From an uncultured cyanobacterium (GTDB taxonomy: Bacteria; Cyanobacteriota; Cyanobacteriia; Cyanobacteriales; Cyanobacteriaceae), in NCBI GenBank assembly GCA_963710605.1, contig CAVQBA010000007.1:160001-224000 (forward strand): a stretch of 64,000 bases of DNA, read 5' to 3'. The position numbers and the translations under genes are program-made. This document shows, piece after piece, positions 1 to 9,953 of the stretch. A model generated the notes under the pieces. The model had not been told where the DNA came from. It saw only the letters and a list, made by a program, of their open reading frames with translations, and did not search any database. Position 1 is the first letter of the stretch. Each line of letters opens with the position of its first letter.

Positions 1-474
1 TTGTGCAAAATATTGATTAGCTTCGGTGACATCAAGATAATTATCTTCATCAATTAAAATATCAAAAGCATAAAACAAATTATCAGGGCTATAGTGAATA
101 CCTTTTTGTACTTTACTGGCTTGAAAATTAGCTTTAATATCGGGATGAGGATAATTTCCACCAATAACTTCCCCAAAAATAGTCATTTGACTCATCTGAG
201 GATATTTTGCTTTTAAATCGTGCCAAATACTGATAAATTTTGGTTTTAGTTCAGCTAAGATAATGTCGTAGTTATAAAATTTCTCATCTTCATTTAAGAT
301 ACCGTTTCTTTTAGCCGTAACAAAATCAACTCCATCATCAGTGATATAACTTAAATTTGAACCGTGAGCTTTTTCTTGGACAATATATTTACTTTCTCCT
401 AATCCGTATTCTTTGATTTTCTGGATAAATTTTGTTTGATAGCTATTTTCGATCGATCTATATTTATTAAACAT
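1..474 (-). CDS. RNA ligase, Rnl2 family (T4 Rnl2-like); 3' part lies beyond the window edge
   Basis: Hand translation from ATG at 474 gives 158 open codons: MFNKYRSIENSYQTKFIQKIKEYGLGESKYIVQEKAHGSNLSY...TAKRNG...IFGEVIGG...VQKGIHYS...FYAFDI. It has motif I KxHGxN, plus FGE and FDI motifs, and an N-terminus like T4 Rnl2 (MFKKYSSLENHY). Not in the ORF track. Confidence 0.9.
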   Translation of the reverse strand, partial: MFNKYRSIENSYQTKFIQKIKEYGLGESKYIVQEKAHGSNLSYITDDGVDFVTAKRNGILNEDEKFYNYDIILAELKPKFISIWHDLKAKYPQMSQMTIFGEVIGGNYPHPDIKANFQASKVQKGIHYSPDNLFYAFDILIDEDNYLDVTEANQYFAQ

Positions 475-831
475 GACAGCGATGATACATTATTAAATTT
501 TCAAGGTACGATTAAGAATTGAGAATTGAGAGTTGAGAATTACCGATACCAAAAGTTATCAACTTTAAGGTCAAATTCTAGCTTTTATATTTTCTTCGCC
601 TTATGAAAACGAGGTAGATACTTTCAATTTTTTTCGGTGAGTTTACTAACAATAATATTCACCTACAAGTTTGGATACTCAGATTTAGTTACTCGATCTA
701 TTATAATGATTTATTAATAATGTGGCGATCGTGTATTCAATATTCATTTTTTGGTAATGGTGATATTTACGATCTTTAAGTATCTAAATGGTATTAGTAG
801 AATTGAATAGTGTTGAAGAATTTGAATGATA

Positions 832-859
832 GTAGGGTTGAACGGTTTTCGACTCCTAC
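832..859. repeat. GTAG-type REP-like imperfect palindrome
   Basis: GTAGGGTTGAACGGTTTTCGACTCCTAC; related GTAG...CTAC palindromes at 10634-10665 and 42723-42747. Confidence 0.5.
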
Positions 860-874
860 GGATGAAAACGATCG

Positions 875-911
875 AATTATTAATTATTAATTATTAATTA
901 TCAATTATTAA
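875..911. repeat. Heptamer tandem repeat (AATTATT)n, STRR-like
   Basis: About 5 units directly before the proA start. Confidence 0.8.
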
Positions 912-914
912 ACC

Positions 915-2192
915 ATGTCTGAACTAACTAAGATTGCTCAAAATACCCAAATAGCTTCAATTCAATTAGCAATTTCTACGGCCCAAGAGCGAAACCAAGC
1001 CCTAGAAGCGATCGCATCTGCCTTAGAAAAGCAACAAGCAGAAATTATTACAGCTAACGAAAAAGATTGTAATCAGGCTAAGGATGTGATTCCTTCGGCT
1101 TTATATGCTCGTTTAAAATTAGGTGAATCTAAATTACAAGGTAGTATCAAAGGTATTCGAGATTTAATTAATTTACCTAATCCCATCGGTACACTTTCGA
1201 TGAATAGGGAGTTAGATGACGGGTTGGTATTACAACGGATTAGTTGTCCTGTTGGGGTCTTAGGCGTTATTTTTGAAGCTCGTCCTGATGCTTTGATCCA
1301 AATCGTTAGTTTGGCGATAAAATCAGGTAATGGAGTGATTTTAAAGGGCGGAAAGGAAGCTTTAAATACTTGTTCGACTTTAATCAAAATTATTCACAAC
1401 AGTCTTCGATCGACGAAAGTTAGTTCAGATTGCGTACAATTATTGACTACTAGAGAAGAAATTAAAGAATTACTTGCTTTAGATAAATATGTTGATTTGA
1501 TTATACCCCGTGGTTCTAATGAATTTGTTCGTTATGTGCAAGATAATACCAGAATTCCTGTTTTAGGTCATGCTGATGGTATTTGTCATCTATACATCGA
1601 TCGATTTGCTAATTTAGAGCAAGCGGTTAAAATTACTGTCGATTCTAAAACACAATATCCAGCCGCCTGTAATGCGATCGAAACTCTTCTAATTCATAAA
1701 ACGATCGCTTCTGAGTTTTTACCAGCAATTGCCGAAGCTTTAGAAGAAAAAGGAGTTAAGTTGAAAGGAGATAGTCTTACTCAACAAATTATCCCTTGTC
1801 AAAATGCCACCGATGAAGATTGGCAAACTGAATATAGTGATTTAATTTTAGCAATTAAAGTAGTTGATGATATGACACAAGCGATGGCTCATATTAATCA
1901 ATATAGCTCTAAACATACAGAAGCGATCGTGACTGATAATAAAGATAACGCCGAAAAATTCCTCGCACAAGTTGATTCAGCGGGAGTGTATCATAATTGC
2001 TCAACTCGTTTTGCTGATGGTTTCCGTTATGGTTTTGGAGCAGAAGTAGGTATTAGTACTCAAAAAATGCCCCCAAGAGGTCCAGTTGGTTTAGAAGGTT
2101 TAGTTACTTACAAATATAAAATTAGAGGTGAAGGACAAATCGTTAGTGAATATGGTAATGGTGGTAAAGAATTTACCCATCGGGATATTTAA
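915..2192 (+). CDS. proA: Glutamate-5-semialdehyde dehydrogenase (gamma-glutamyl phosphate reductase)
   Basis: [59 protein letters not shown]. Confidence 0.97.
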   Translation: MSELTKIAQNTQIASIQLAISTAQERNQALEAIASALEKQQAEIITANEKDCNQAKDVIPSALYARLKLGESKLQGSIKGIRDLINLPNPIGTLSMNRELDDGLVLQRISCPVGVLGVIFEARPDALIQIVSLAIKSGNGVILKGGKEALNTCSTLIKIIHNSLRSTKVSSDCVQLLTTREEIKELLALDKYVDLIIPRGSNEFVRYVQDNTRIPVLGHADGICHLYIDRFANLEQAVKITVDSKTQYPAACNAIETLLIHKTIASEFLPAIAEALEEKGVKLKGDSLTQQIIPCQNATDEDWQTEYSDLILAIKVVDDMTQAMAHINQYSSKHTEAIVTDNKDNAEKFLAQVDSAGVYHNCSTRFADGFRYGFGAEVGISTQKMPPRGPVGLEGLVTYKYKIRGEGQIVSEYGNGGKEFTHRDI

Positions 2193-2307
2193 ATAATCAA
2201 TCAATAATTAATAAGGGTTTTTTTTGCGTATAAATAAAATACCGTTCAAATGCGTTTTTTCAAACTATAACTCATACGATTAAGTATATCTCCAATAGTT
2301 TGACGGC

Positions 2308-2449
2308 TATAGCAGTAAACTAGTTAATTACGACAAATATTGTGAATCGAAATTTTTGATTTAAAATCCATATTTCTCTGCGTTCTCTGCGTTCTCTGCG
2401 GTTGTATAATTACTCAATAAATGTCCTAATCAAATCGTTTTTTGCTATA
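2308..2449. mobile_element. Miniature inverted-repeat element (TATAG-N19-GACA ... TGTC-N19-CTATA) with a (TTCTCTGCG)3 interior
   Basis: Left end TATAGCAGTAAACTAGTTAATTACGACA, right end TGTCCTAATCAAATCGTTTTTTGCTATA; same spacing as other copies in the window. Confidence 0.65.
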
Positions 2450-2455
2450 CAATAA

Positions 2456-3397
2456 TTATTTGTTTTTATCGAGATTAACTCGTATTTTGTAAATAGAAGT
2501 ACGAGCGGTAATATATAAAGTTTTATCGTCTTCATCACCCCAAGCACAGTTAGCGGCTATTTCTGGCGTGACGATTGTGCCTAAATGATTTCCATCTGAA
2601 TCTAATACCCAGATTCCTCCTGCGGCTGTACAATAAAGATTATCTTCAATATCGACTACCATACCATCAGGACAACCCGGTCGATCGATTTTAAGATCGT
2701 GAAATATCCGACTATTTGTAAGTGTACCATCGTCATTGACATCAAAAACTCGAACATGATGCCGAGTCGAGTCATCAATATACAATTTTTTTTCATCTAC
2801 TGAGAAAGCCAAACCATTAGGGCGATCGAAATCATCAGCAACTAAGACTAATTCTTTTGTCTGGGGATGATAGCAATAAACACCATTGACTGGTTGTTCT
2901 TGTTCTTCTGGTTTGATACCATAAGGAGGATCAGTAAAATAAATTAAACCGTCACTTCTAACTACAACATCATTAGGACTATTTAATTTTTTCCCTTCAA
3001 ATTGATCAACTAAAATAACGATCGAAGCATCTTTTTTGACAATACTAACTCGTCTAGTTTGATGTTCACAAATAATCAGTCTTCCTTGATTATCTCTAGT
3101 TAAACCATTAGATTTATTACTGGGTTTTTGATATATTTTAAATTTACCATTTTTTTTCAACCGATAAATTTTATTAGCCGGTATATCACTAAACAAAAGA
3201 TAGTTTCGCTCACTAAACCAAACTGGTCCTTCAGTAAATTCAAAACCACTTGCAACACGTTTTATCTTAGTTTTTGGCGGAAATAATCGATCGAACTCTG
3301 GTGACTTTGTTTCTAAATAACCTTGCTTTAATTTTAAACTTATTTTTGATGTTCGATCTTTAATAAATGCTTGAATTTTTTGTTTTAAAGATAACAT
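2456..3397 (-). CDS. SMP-30/gluconolactonase/LRE family protein
   Basis: FTEGPVW, FSDIP, NSPND, FTDPPYG, PNGL, PDGM motifs. Confidence 0.93.
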   Translation of the reverse strand: MLSLKQKIQAFIKDRTSKISLKLKQGYLETKSPEFDRLFPPKTKIKRVASGFEFTEGPVWFSERNYLLFSDIPANKIYRLKKNGKFKIYQKPSNKSNGLTRDNQGRLIICEHQTRRVSIVKKDASIVILVDQFEGKKLNSPNDVVVRSDGLIYFTDPPYGIKPEEQEQPVNGVYCYHPQTKELVLVADDFDRPNGLAFSVDEKKLYIDDSTRHHVRVFDVNDDGTLTNSRIFHDLKIDRPGCPDGMVVDIEDNLYCTAAGGIWVLDSDGNHLGTIVTPEIAANCAWGDEDDKTLYITARTSIYKIRVNLDKNK

Positions 3398-3402
3398 TTT
3401 AG

Positions 3403-3828
3403 CTAAAAACTTTGGTCAATACGATAATTATATAATGGTAATCCCGCATTAATATTAAGCGTAATTCCAGTAGTAAACCGAGAAAAATAATCAGATGCGA
3501 GATAAACTACTCTTTTACCAATATAATCGGGATCGATCGTACTTTTTCCTAAAAGGTTGTGTTTAAAATATTTAATCTTATCATCTTCATCGGTATTAAC
3601 TACACCTGAGGCTATTCCATTCACTCTAATTTGATAAGAAGCAAAATCCACGGCTAACTCTTTAATTATCATTTTCAATGCCGCCTTAGATGCACTATAA
3701 GCCATTTCTCGAAAAATCATTGATTGATATACAGAAGTTGTAAAAATAATTGAGCCTTGAATATTACGATCGATCATAATTTTACTAATCTTTTTAGTCA
3801 ACAGAATCGGGGCAAAAATATTAGTAGT
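3403..3828 (-). pseudogene. SDR oxidoreductase, C-terminal fragment
   Basis: TNIFAP, GSIIF, AYSASKAAL (YxxxK), IRVNGI; no N-terminal TGxxxGIG cofactor motif. Confidence 0.75.
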
Positions 3829-4030
3829 TAGCAAGAGCTTTGACAAGTCTAACTTAAGTACCACCTATTGAACAAATGCAAGTTGATGTAGTCAGTGATG
3901 GTGGTATAAGCGAATAAACCAGACAAAAAATAGAATCTATAGTTAAACAACTAGGAAACGATCGAGTAACATATTATCCTCATTCAGAAAATATTGATCA
4001 TCCTCATATATTTAATTTATGTATCGACAG
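3828..4030 (+). pseudogene. Glycosyltransferase family 2 internal fragment with stop codons
   Basis: Hand translation LARALTSLT*VPPIEQMQVDVVSDGGISE*TRQKIESIVKQLGNDRVTYYPHSENIDHPHIFNLCID resembles a GT2 N-terminal region. Confidence 0.6.
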
Positions 4031-4212
4031 CTTTCTACAGATAATTGTATTTTAATAGTTTTGTCTTTTAGTTTTTTAGCTTTATTTATCTATATTAATA
4101 TTTCGATCGCTTTTGATAAATATATTAATATAATTTCTTTTAATCTCTTAGAGTCTTTAATTTGTTATAAAATCAATAAGTTTGCTATGGGTAAAAGAAA
4201 ACAAATTTATTT

Positions 4213-5343
4213 ATGCGTATATTTATTAGTACAGGAGAAGTATCAGGAGATTTGCAAGGTGGTTTATTAGTTACTGCTCTTTTTCGACAAGCTGAAAAAT
4301 TAGGTATCAAGCTAGAGATTGAAGGTTTAGGTGGACAAAAAATGCTCACCGCAGGAGCAAATATTATTACCGATACTAGTGCAATTGGTTCAGTTGGTTT
4401 ATGGGAAACTGTCCCTTTTTTATTACCTACTTTTAAATTACAAAAAAAAGCGATCGATTATCTAGCCACAAATTTACCTGATTTAATTATTCTAATCGAT
4501 TACGTAGGACCTAATTTAACGATTGCTACCGCCCTAAAGAAAAAATTTCCGCAAATACCCATCATTTGGTACATAGGGCCACAATTTTGGGTTTGGACTC
4601 CTTTAGGACAAGATTTAAAACAATTACTTAAAGTTACTGACAAACTACTAGCAATTTTTCCTCAAGAAGCAAAATTTTATCAAGAAAAAGGATTAGATAC
4701 TACGTATGTCGGACATCCTTTAATCGATCGAATTAAACAAGCACCAGACAGAGAATCAGCCAGAACAAAACTCGGTATCAAACCAGACGAAACACTTATT
4801 GCTTTATTACCGGCTTCTCGTAAACAAGAATTAAAATATCTTCTACCTGTAATGTGTGCTTCAGCGGTCAAAATAAAAAAACAGTTACCTAATAGTAAAT
4901 TTTATTTACCTATTTCCTTACCTCAATATCGAGAAACGATCGAAAATACGATCGCTCAATACGATTTAGAAGTTAACTTATTTAGTGGTGAAACTTTAGA
5001 TGTTTTAGCAGGTGCAGACTTAGCCATCACCAAGTCAGGTACAGTAAATTTGGAGTTAGCATTACTGAAAATACCTCAAGTCGTGATTTATAAAGTCAAT
5101 CCTTTTACTATCTGGATAGCACGTAAAATTTTACGTTTTGAGATACCCTTTATGTCTCCTACTAACCTCGTGCCGATGCGAGAAATTGTGCCTGAATTAT
5201 TACAAGAAAAAGCTAGTCAAGAAAATATTGTCAATTTGTCATTAGATTTGTTATCCAACCCCATTACCCAACAACAATTACAAACTGATTATCAAGAATT
5301 AATTGATACTTTAGCTCAAGATACCGACTCAATTTGCGATTGA
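4213..5343 (+). CDS. lpxB: Lipid-A-disaccharide synthase; ends at a probable premature TGA, and the frame continues to 5385
   Basis: MRIFISTGEVSGD, IFPQE, YVGHPL, LLPASRKQE, KSGTVNLELAL; after the TGA the frame reads VAQEILK. Confidence 0.95.
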   Translation: MRIFISTGEVSGDLQGGLLVTALFRQAEKLGIKLEIEGLGGQKMLTAGANIITDTSAIGSVGLWETVPFLLPTFKLQKKAIDYLATNLPDLIILIDYVGPNLTIATALKKKFPQIPIIWYIGPQFWVWTPLGQDLKQLLKVTDKLLAIFPQEAKFYQEKGLDTTYVGHPLIDRIKQAPDRESARTKLGIKPDETLIALLPASRKQELKYLLPVMCASAVKIKKQLPNSKFYLPISLPQYRETIENTIAQYDLEVNLFSGETLDVLAGADLAITKSGTVNLELALLKIPQVVIYKVNPFTIWIARKILRFEIPFMSPTNLVPMREIVPELLQEKASQENIVNLSLDLLSNPITQQQLQTDYQELIDTLAQDTDSICD

Positions 5344-5364
5344 GTTGCCCAAGAAATACTAAAA

Positions 5365-5401
5365 ACAATGAACGATGAACGATGAACAATGAACAATGAA
5401 C
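5365..5401. repeat. Heptamer tandem repeat (AACAATG/AACGATG)n
   Basis: About 5 units after lpxB. Confidence 0.75.
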
Positions 5402-5542
5402 AGATAATAGATAACAATAGAATTAATACTTTTTACTTTCATCTTCTTAATCCCTAATCTCTATTAACTATCAACTATTTACGTTATATCATAAACAGTA
5501 AGTACGAAGAACACGATCGATAACCGAAAAAAAATAAAATTA

Positions 5543-6455
5543 ATGAGAGAAAAAATTACCATCCTCAAAAAAAATCTTGCCCGTACAATAGTGGGTAAAG
5601 ACGAAGCAATTAAACTAGTTATCGTTGCCTTATTAAGTGGTGGTCATGCTTTGCTCGAAGATGTACCGGGGGTAGGAAAAACTTTGTTAGCTAAATCATT
5701 AGCACGCTCGATTAACGGTAAATTTCAACGAATACAATGTACTCCAGATTTGTTACCTAGTGATGTTACAGGTACTAATATTTGGAATCCTAACAGCAGA
5801 GAATTTGAATTTTTATCAGGACCGACTTTTACCAATATACTCTTAGCTGATGAAATTAACAGAGCGACTCCTCGTACTCAATCAGCTTTACTTGAAGTAA
5901 TGGAAGAAAAACAAATCACGATTGATGGTGTAGCCCGTTTAGTGCCATCACCGTTTTTTGTGATTGCGACTCAAAACCCCGTCGAATATCAAGGTACATT
6001 TCCTTTACCTGAAGCTCAAATGGATTCGTTTTTCTGTTTGTCTGAGTTTGGGTTATCCTAGCCAGCAAGAAGAGTTACAAATGCTAGAAAACCAATTCAA
6101 TCCCACTCCTTTAAGCCAAGTTGAGCCTTGTATTAGTTTAGAAGATATTCAAGCTTTACAAAAGCAAATAACTCAAGTGAAAGTAGCTAAAGAAATTCAA
6201 AGATATATTGTTAATTTAGTTAGTGCTTCTCGCTCCTCCGAACATTTGAGTTTAGGTGTTAGCCCTCGTGGTACAGTTGCTTTACAAAAAGCGGCTCAAG
6301 CATTAGCTTTTATCGAAGAAAGAGATTATGTTATTCCTGATGACCTCAAATTTATTGCTTCTGCGGTACTTGCTCATCGTGTAATTCCAAATGGTGGCAC
6401 AAATACTAAAGTAGTTATCGATCGTCTTTTAGATACAGTTGCCATTGAAGCCTAA
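5543..6455 (+). pseudogene. moxR: MoxR family AAA+ ATPase with a +1 frameshift at ~6026 (possibly a sequencing error)
   Basis: [37 protein letters not shown]; removing one T restores [12 protein letters not shown] and joins ORFs 5543-6061 and 5964-6455. Confidence 0.9.
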
Positions 6456-6510
6456 TAATCATCGAGTGCCGTTAGCAACTATTAACTATCAAATTAGTAA
6501 CTTTTAAAAA

Positions 6511-7023
6511 ATGTTATCAAAAATGACCAAAAAACGTTTATCGTCGCTTATCTTAATATTTCTAGTAGGCTGTAGCGTTATTTTAGGGTGGGGTGTAGCT
6601 CATAGTATTGAATCCACACAGATTGCTTTAAATACAAAATCAGTAGATAAAGCAACAGGTAATTTTGTGATTGGCAAAAATTTATATTTAGAAAATTGTG
6701 CAACTTGTCATATACCTATTCCACCTGCGGTATTACCTGAGCAAACATGGGAAGAAATTTTAGAAAATCCAGGTAATCATTACGGTGTCAGAATAGAGAA
6801 TTTGATCAGTTTCAATCAAAATATAATTTGGCAATATCTACGACGATATTCTCGATCGTTACTTAAAGAAGAAGCTACACCAACTTATATCGCTGAATCT
6901 CGTTACTTTTTTGCCTTGCACCCTGATGTTGAATTTTCTGCCCCCATAACTCATACTAGTTGTTTAGATTGCCATTCTCAAGCCCGTAACTACAATTATC
7001 GTGTTGAATACGAACTAGAGTAA
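6511..7023 (+). CDS. Dihaem cytochrome c family protein
   Basis: N-terminal signal/TM segment; CATCH and CLDCH haem motifs. Confidence 0.85.
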   Translation: MLSKMTKKRLSSLILIFLVGCSVILGWGVAHSIESTQIALNTKSVDKATGNFVIGKNLYLENCATCHIPIPPAVLPEQTWEEILENPGNHYGVRIENLISFNQNIIWQYLRRYSRSLLKEEATPTYIAESRYFFALHPDVEFSAPITHTSCLDCHSQARNYNYRVEYELE

Positions 7024-7055
7024 AGGGCACTCGTGCAAAGATGATCGAAGTATTC

Positions 7056-8126
7056 TCAATTATTACCGTATGCTTGTTGATAATATTTTTGATATTCTTC
7101 TGAGAGTAAAGGTTGCCACCATTGAGGATTATCGATATACCATTGAATCGTACTTCTTAAACCTGATTCTACTGTTGCTGATGGTTGCCAGCCTAATTCA
7201 TTTTTGAGTTTGCTACTATCTATAGCATATCTTCGATCGTGTCCTGCTCTATCTTTGACAAAGGTAATTAATTCATTAGATGGTTTGACTGGTAAATCGG
7301 TGGCAATTTCATCCATTATTTGACAAATCAATTTAACTAAATCGATATTTTTAACTTCGTTGTTGCCACCAATATTATAAGTTTCCCCTGTTTTTCCGCC
7401 GTTTAAAACAGCTTCTAAGGCACTACAATGATCTTTAACATAAAGCCAATCACGAATATTTTGCCCATCTCCATAGACAGGTAGAGGCTTACCCAACATA
7501 ATATTAATACACATCAAAGGGATTAATTTTTCAGGGTAATGTAATGGACCATAATTATTAGAACAATTAGTAATTATGGTTGGTAAATTGTAGGTATGAT
7601 AATAGGCACGAGCTAAATGATCGCTTCCTGCTTTTGAAGCTGAATAAGGGCTATTGGGAGTATAAGCTGTTGTTTCGGTGAATGCGGGATCGTCTTTTTC
7701 TAAGCTACCATAGACTTCATCTGTAGATACGTGGAGAAAACGATAGTCTTCTGGTTGATTATTATCCTGCCAATAATGACGGAAACTTTCGAGTAAGGTA
7801 AAAGTACCGATTACATTTGTTTGAATGAAGGCTTCAGGGCCTAGTATAGATCTATCTACATGAGATTCGGCGGCAAAGTGCGCAATCTGGGTAATAGCTT
7901 CTATCGCTAAAACTTGATCGACTAAAGTACGATCGCAAATATCACCATGAACAAAAACAAAATTAGGATTATTTTCTAATTTACTCAAATTTTGACGATT
8001 GCCGGCATAAGTAAGTGCATCTAAGACAACTATTTTGTCTTCTGAATGTTGCTCAGCCCAATAATTAACAAAATTAGAACCAATAAAACCTGCACCGCCT
8101 GTAACTAAAAGATGTTTTTTACTCAT
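7056..8126 (-). CDS. rfbB: dTDP-glucose 4,6-dehydratase
   Basis: VTGGAGFIGSN, AAESHVDRS, HVSTDEVYG, YSASKA, NCSNNYGP, GHDRRY. Confidence 0.97.
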   Translation of the reverse strand: MSKKHLLVTGGAGFIGSNFVNYWAEQHSEDKIVVLDALTYAGNRQNLSKLENNPNFVFVHGDICDRTLVDQVLAIEAITQIAHFAAESHVDRSILGPEAFIQTNVIGTFTLLESFRHYWQDNNQPEDYRFLHVSTDEVYGSLEKDDPAFTETTAYTPNSPYSASKAGSDHLARAYYHTYNLPTIITNCSNNYGPLHYPEKLIPLMCINIMLGKPLPVYGDGQNIRDWLYVKDHCSALEAVLNGGKTGETYNIGGNNEVKNIDLVKLICQIMDEIATDLPVKPSNELITFVKDRAGHDRRYAIDSSKLKNELGWQPSATVESGLRSTIQWYIDNPQWWQPLLSEEYQKYYQQAYGNN

Positions 8127-8199
8127 TATAACTATTAAAAATACCTAACCGAAAAATCAAAATTGTTTTTTGTTGCATCCATAGTGTATCATCTCTTTT
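7858..8199 (-). repeat. Direct repeat copy 1 (rfbB 5' part and upstream region)
   Basis: Aligns with 14804-15145; 7917-8131 is identical to 14863-15077. Confidence 0.95.
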
Positions 8200-8208
8200 A
8201 AAATTATT

Positions 8209-8732
8209 GTAACTACCGAGGTAGCCGATAAGTGAAGTATTAGTAACAAAAAAATGATAAAATTATTTTTGTTATGGCAAATAAACAAAATCCCAAAATA
8301 GTCGCCCTAGAAAAAGAAAATCAGGCACTCAAAAAACAAGTTGAGCTTTTACGCGAAAAAATAGCTCAACTGGAAAAACGTTTGGGTTTAAATAGCCAAA
8401 ATAGTTCTAAGCCTCCATCAAGTGATGGATTACACAAACCTCAACGAACTCAAAGTTTGAGAATATCTACTGGAAACAAAAGTGGTGGTCAATTAGGACA
8501 CAAGGGTCATACCCTTAATCAAGTATTAAACCCAGACAAGATTATAAAACATTTGCCGCCCCAGTTTTGCCCTCAATGTGGTTGTGGTGTTCAATCTCAA
8601 AAAGTAATTTCGGTTCAGAAAAGGCAAGTATTTGAGATTCCAAAACCGACCATGGAAGTAACAGAACATCAAGTATTGGTAAAACAATGTTCTCACTGTC
8701 AAAGCAAAATCAAAGGTCAATTTCCTCAAAGG
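8209..8732 (+). mobile_element. Truncated IS66-family element: left end and N-terminal transposase (ORF 8274-8789)
   Basis: Begins GTAACTAC (IS66 ends begin GTAA); coiled coil, NSQNSSKPPSSD, GGQLGHKG, CPQCG, QVFEIP, EVTEH, CSHC, GQFP; similarity stops at ~8730 and there is no DDE domain. Confidence 0.85.
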
Positions 8733-8765
8733 TCGATCGAGATTGACTCATCAATAATTAAATCA

Positions 8766-8819
8766 ACTTATTATAATAAGTTAGGATAACCTCTATTAAG
8801 ACCACTTGTTATAATAAGT
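8766..8819. promoter_or_regulatory. Pair of 16-bp palindromes, consensus ACTTGTTATAACAAGT
   Basis: ACTTATTATAATAAGT at 8766 and ACTTGTTATAATAAGT at 8804, both followed by TAGGA. Confidence 0.6.
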
Positions 8820-9188
8820 TAGGAGCAACTCCAAGAATCTTTAGAATTAACCTCAGTTCGATTTATCAATTATCAATTGTCAATTTTTCAACCCGAAAAA
8901 TGCCACAACTTAAATAAGATTACTATACTTACTCATCCAAGTCGGAAAGGTAGGTATTTTTTGTTTTTATTATTGTCTCGCAAAAAGAGACAATATGTCT
9001 TCAAGATAGATAATTGTCTTTTTTAAAAAAATAATAAATAATATAATTAATTACTTAGTATTGTTTTGAACAAGGAGATTTAAATGATGATAGCTATCGA
9101 TGTAACTTGTTTTTTCTTAATTTTGTTTTCGATCGATCAAAACGATCGCTTATTCGGTATTGCATTTTTTCAAATAGGCTAATCGATT

Positions 9189-9797
9189 ATGAATTTTTTA
9201 ATACCCGATCGTCTTCCTCCAGAATTAAAAAAAGAAGCAAGATACCGAAAACTGCTTCCCGAACAAATCTTATTTCACTGTCGGGATACAGCAGAATATA
9301 TCTTTGCTCTTGAGCAAGGACGGATTAAATTACTAAGATATACTTGCGAAGGAAATCTGGTTATTTTTCGCATCGTTAGAGCTGGTGAAAGTTTTGCCGA
9401 ATCTACTCTTTTTACAGAAAAATATCTATGTAATGCTGTTGTCGAAAAACCTTCGACAATTATTTATTATCCTAAAAATGTTGTTCGTCAAGCTCTACAG
9501 GCAAAACCTAGTCTGGCTTTAAGTTTATTACCATTACTAGCTAGTAAGAATCAAGCTCTCAAAAATCTGATTGAATTACGCAGTATTCGCTCTGCAAACG
9601 ATCGTATTTTACAGTATCTATTTTTTTCAGTTACTTCAGGACAAAATCATATCATTTTCGATCGATCGTACAAAGATATTGCACTCGAATTAGGTTTGAG
9701 TGCAGAAGTCTTATACCGTAGTCTTGCTAAATTAGAACGTTCTGGTGCTATTAGCCGTCAAGGAAAAGAAATAAAACTTTTGATTTCTCAAACATGA
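9189..9797 (+). CDS. Crp/Fnr family transcriptional regulator
   Basis: cNMP-type beta-roll (GRIKLLRYT.EG, GESFAE) and C-terminal HTH (KDIALELGLSAEVLYRSLAKL). Confidence 0.92.
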   Translation: MNFLIPDRLPPELKKEARYRKLLPEQILFHCRDTAEYIFALEQGRIKLLRYTCEGNLVIFRIVRAGESFAESTLFTEKYLCNAVVEKPSTIIYYPKNVVRQALQAKPSLALSLLPLLASKNQALKNLIELRSIRSANDRILQYLFFSVTSGQNHIIFDRSYKDIALELGLSAEVLYRSLAKLERSGAISRQGKEIKLLISQT

Positions 9798-9836
9798 TTT
9801 GAATCATATACTCAGCACTTGAAAAAGATATATATT
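9794..9836 (+). promoter_or_regulatory. Putative Fnr/Crp box ATGAT-N4-ATCAT plus -10 (TATATT) for the ycaC-like gene
   Basis: ATGATTTGAATCAT at 9794-9807 and TATATT at 9831-9836; class II activator spacing. Confidence 0.55.
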
Positions 9837-9953
9837 GTTGTGGATCGACTTCACAACTTTAGGAATAAATTAACTCGATCGAATCTCAACAAAAATTTAT
9901 TACTAATACGAATAACCAAGACAGTATCAACAATTTAATCAGGAGCAAATATT

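Noticed and set aside
4019..4270. 83-aa hydrophobic ORF before lpxB
   Set aside because: Low-complexity AT-rich frame overlapping lpxB; probably non-coding
5341..5343. Selenocysteine recoding of the lpxB TGA
   Set aside because: The position corresponds to Arg, not Cys, and no SECIS-like hairpin follows
8761..8830. Possible mini CRISPR array
   Set aside because: Only two ~21-bp units with a 17-bp gap and no cas genes; reported as a palindrome pair instead
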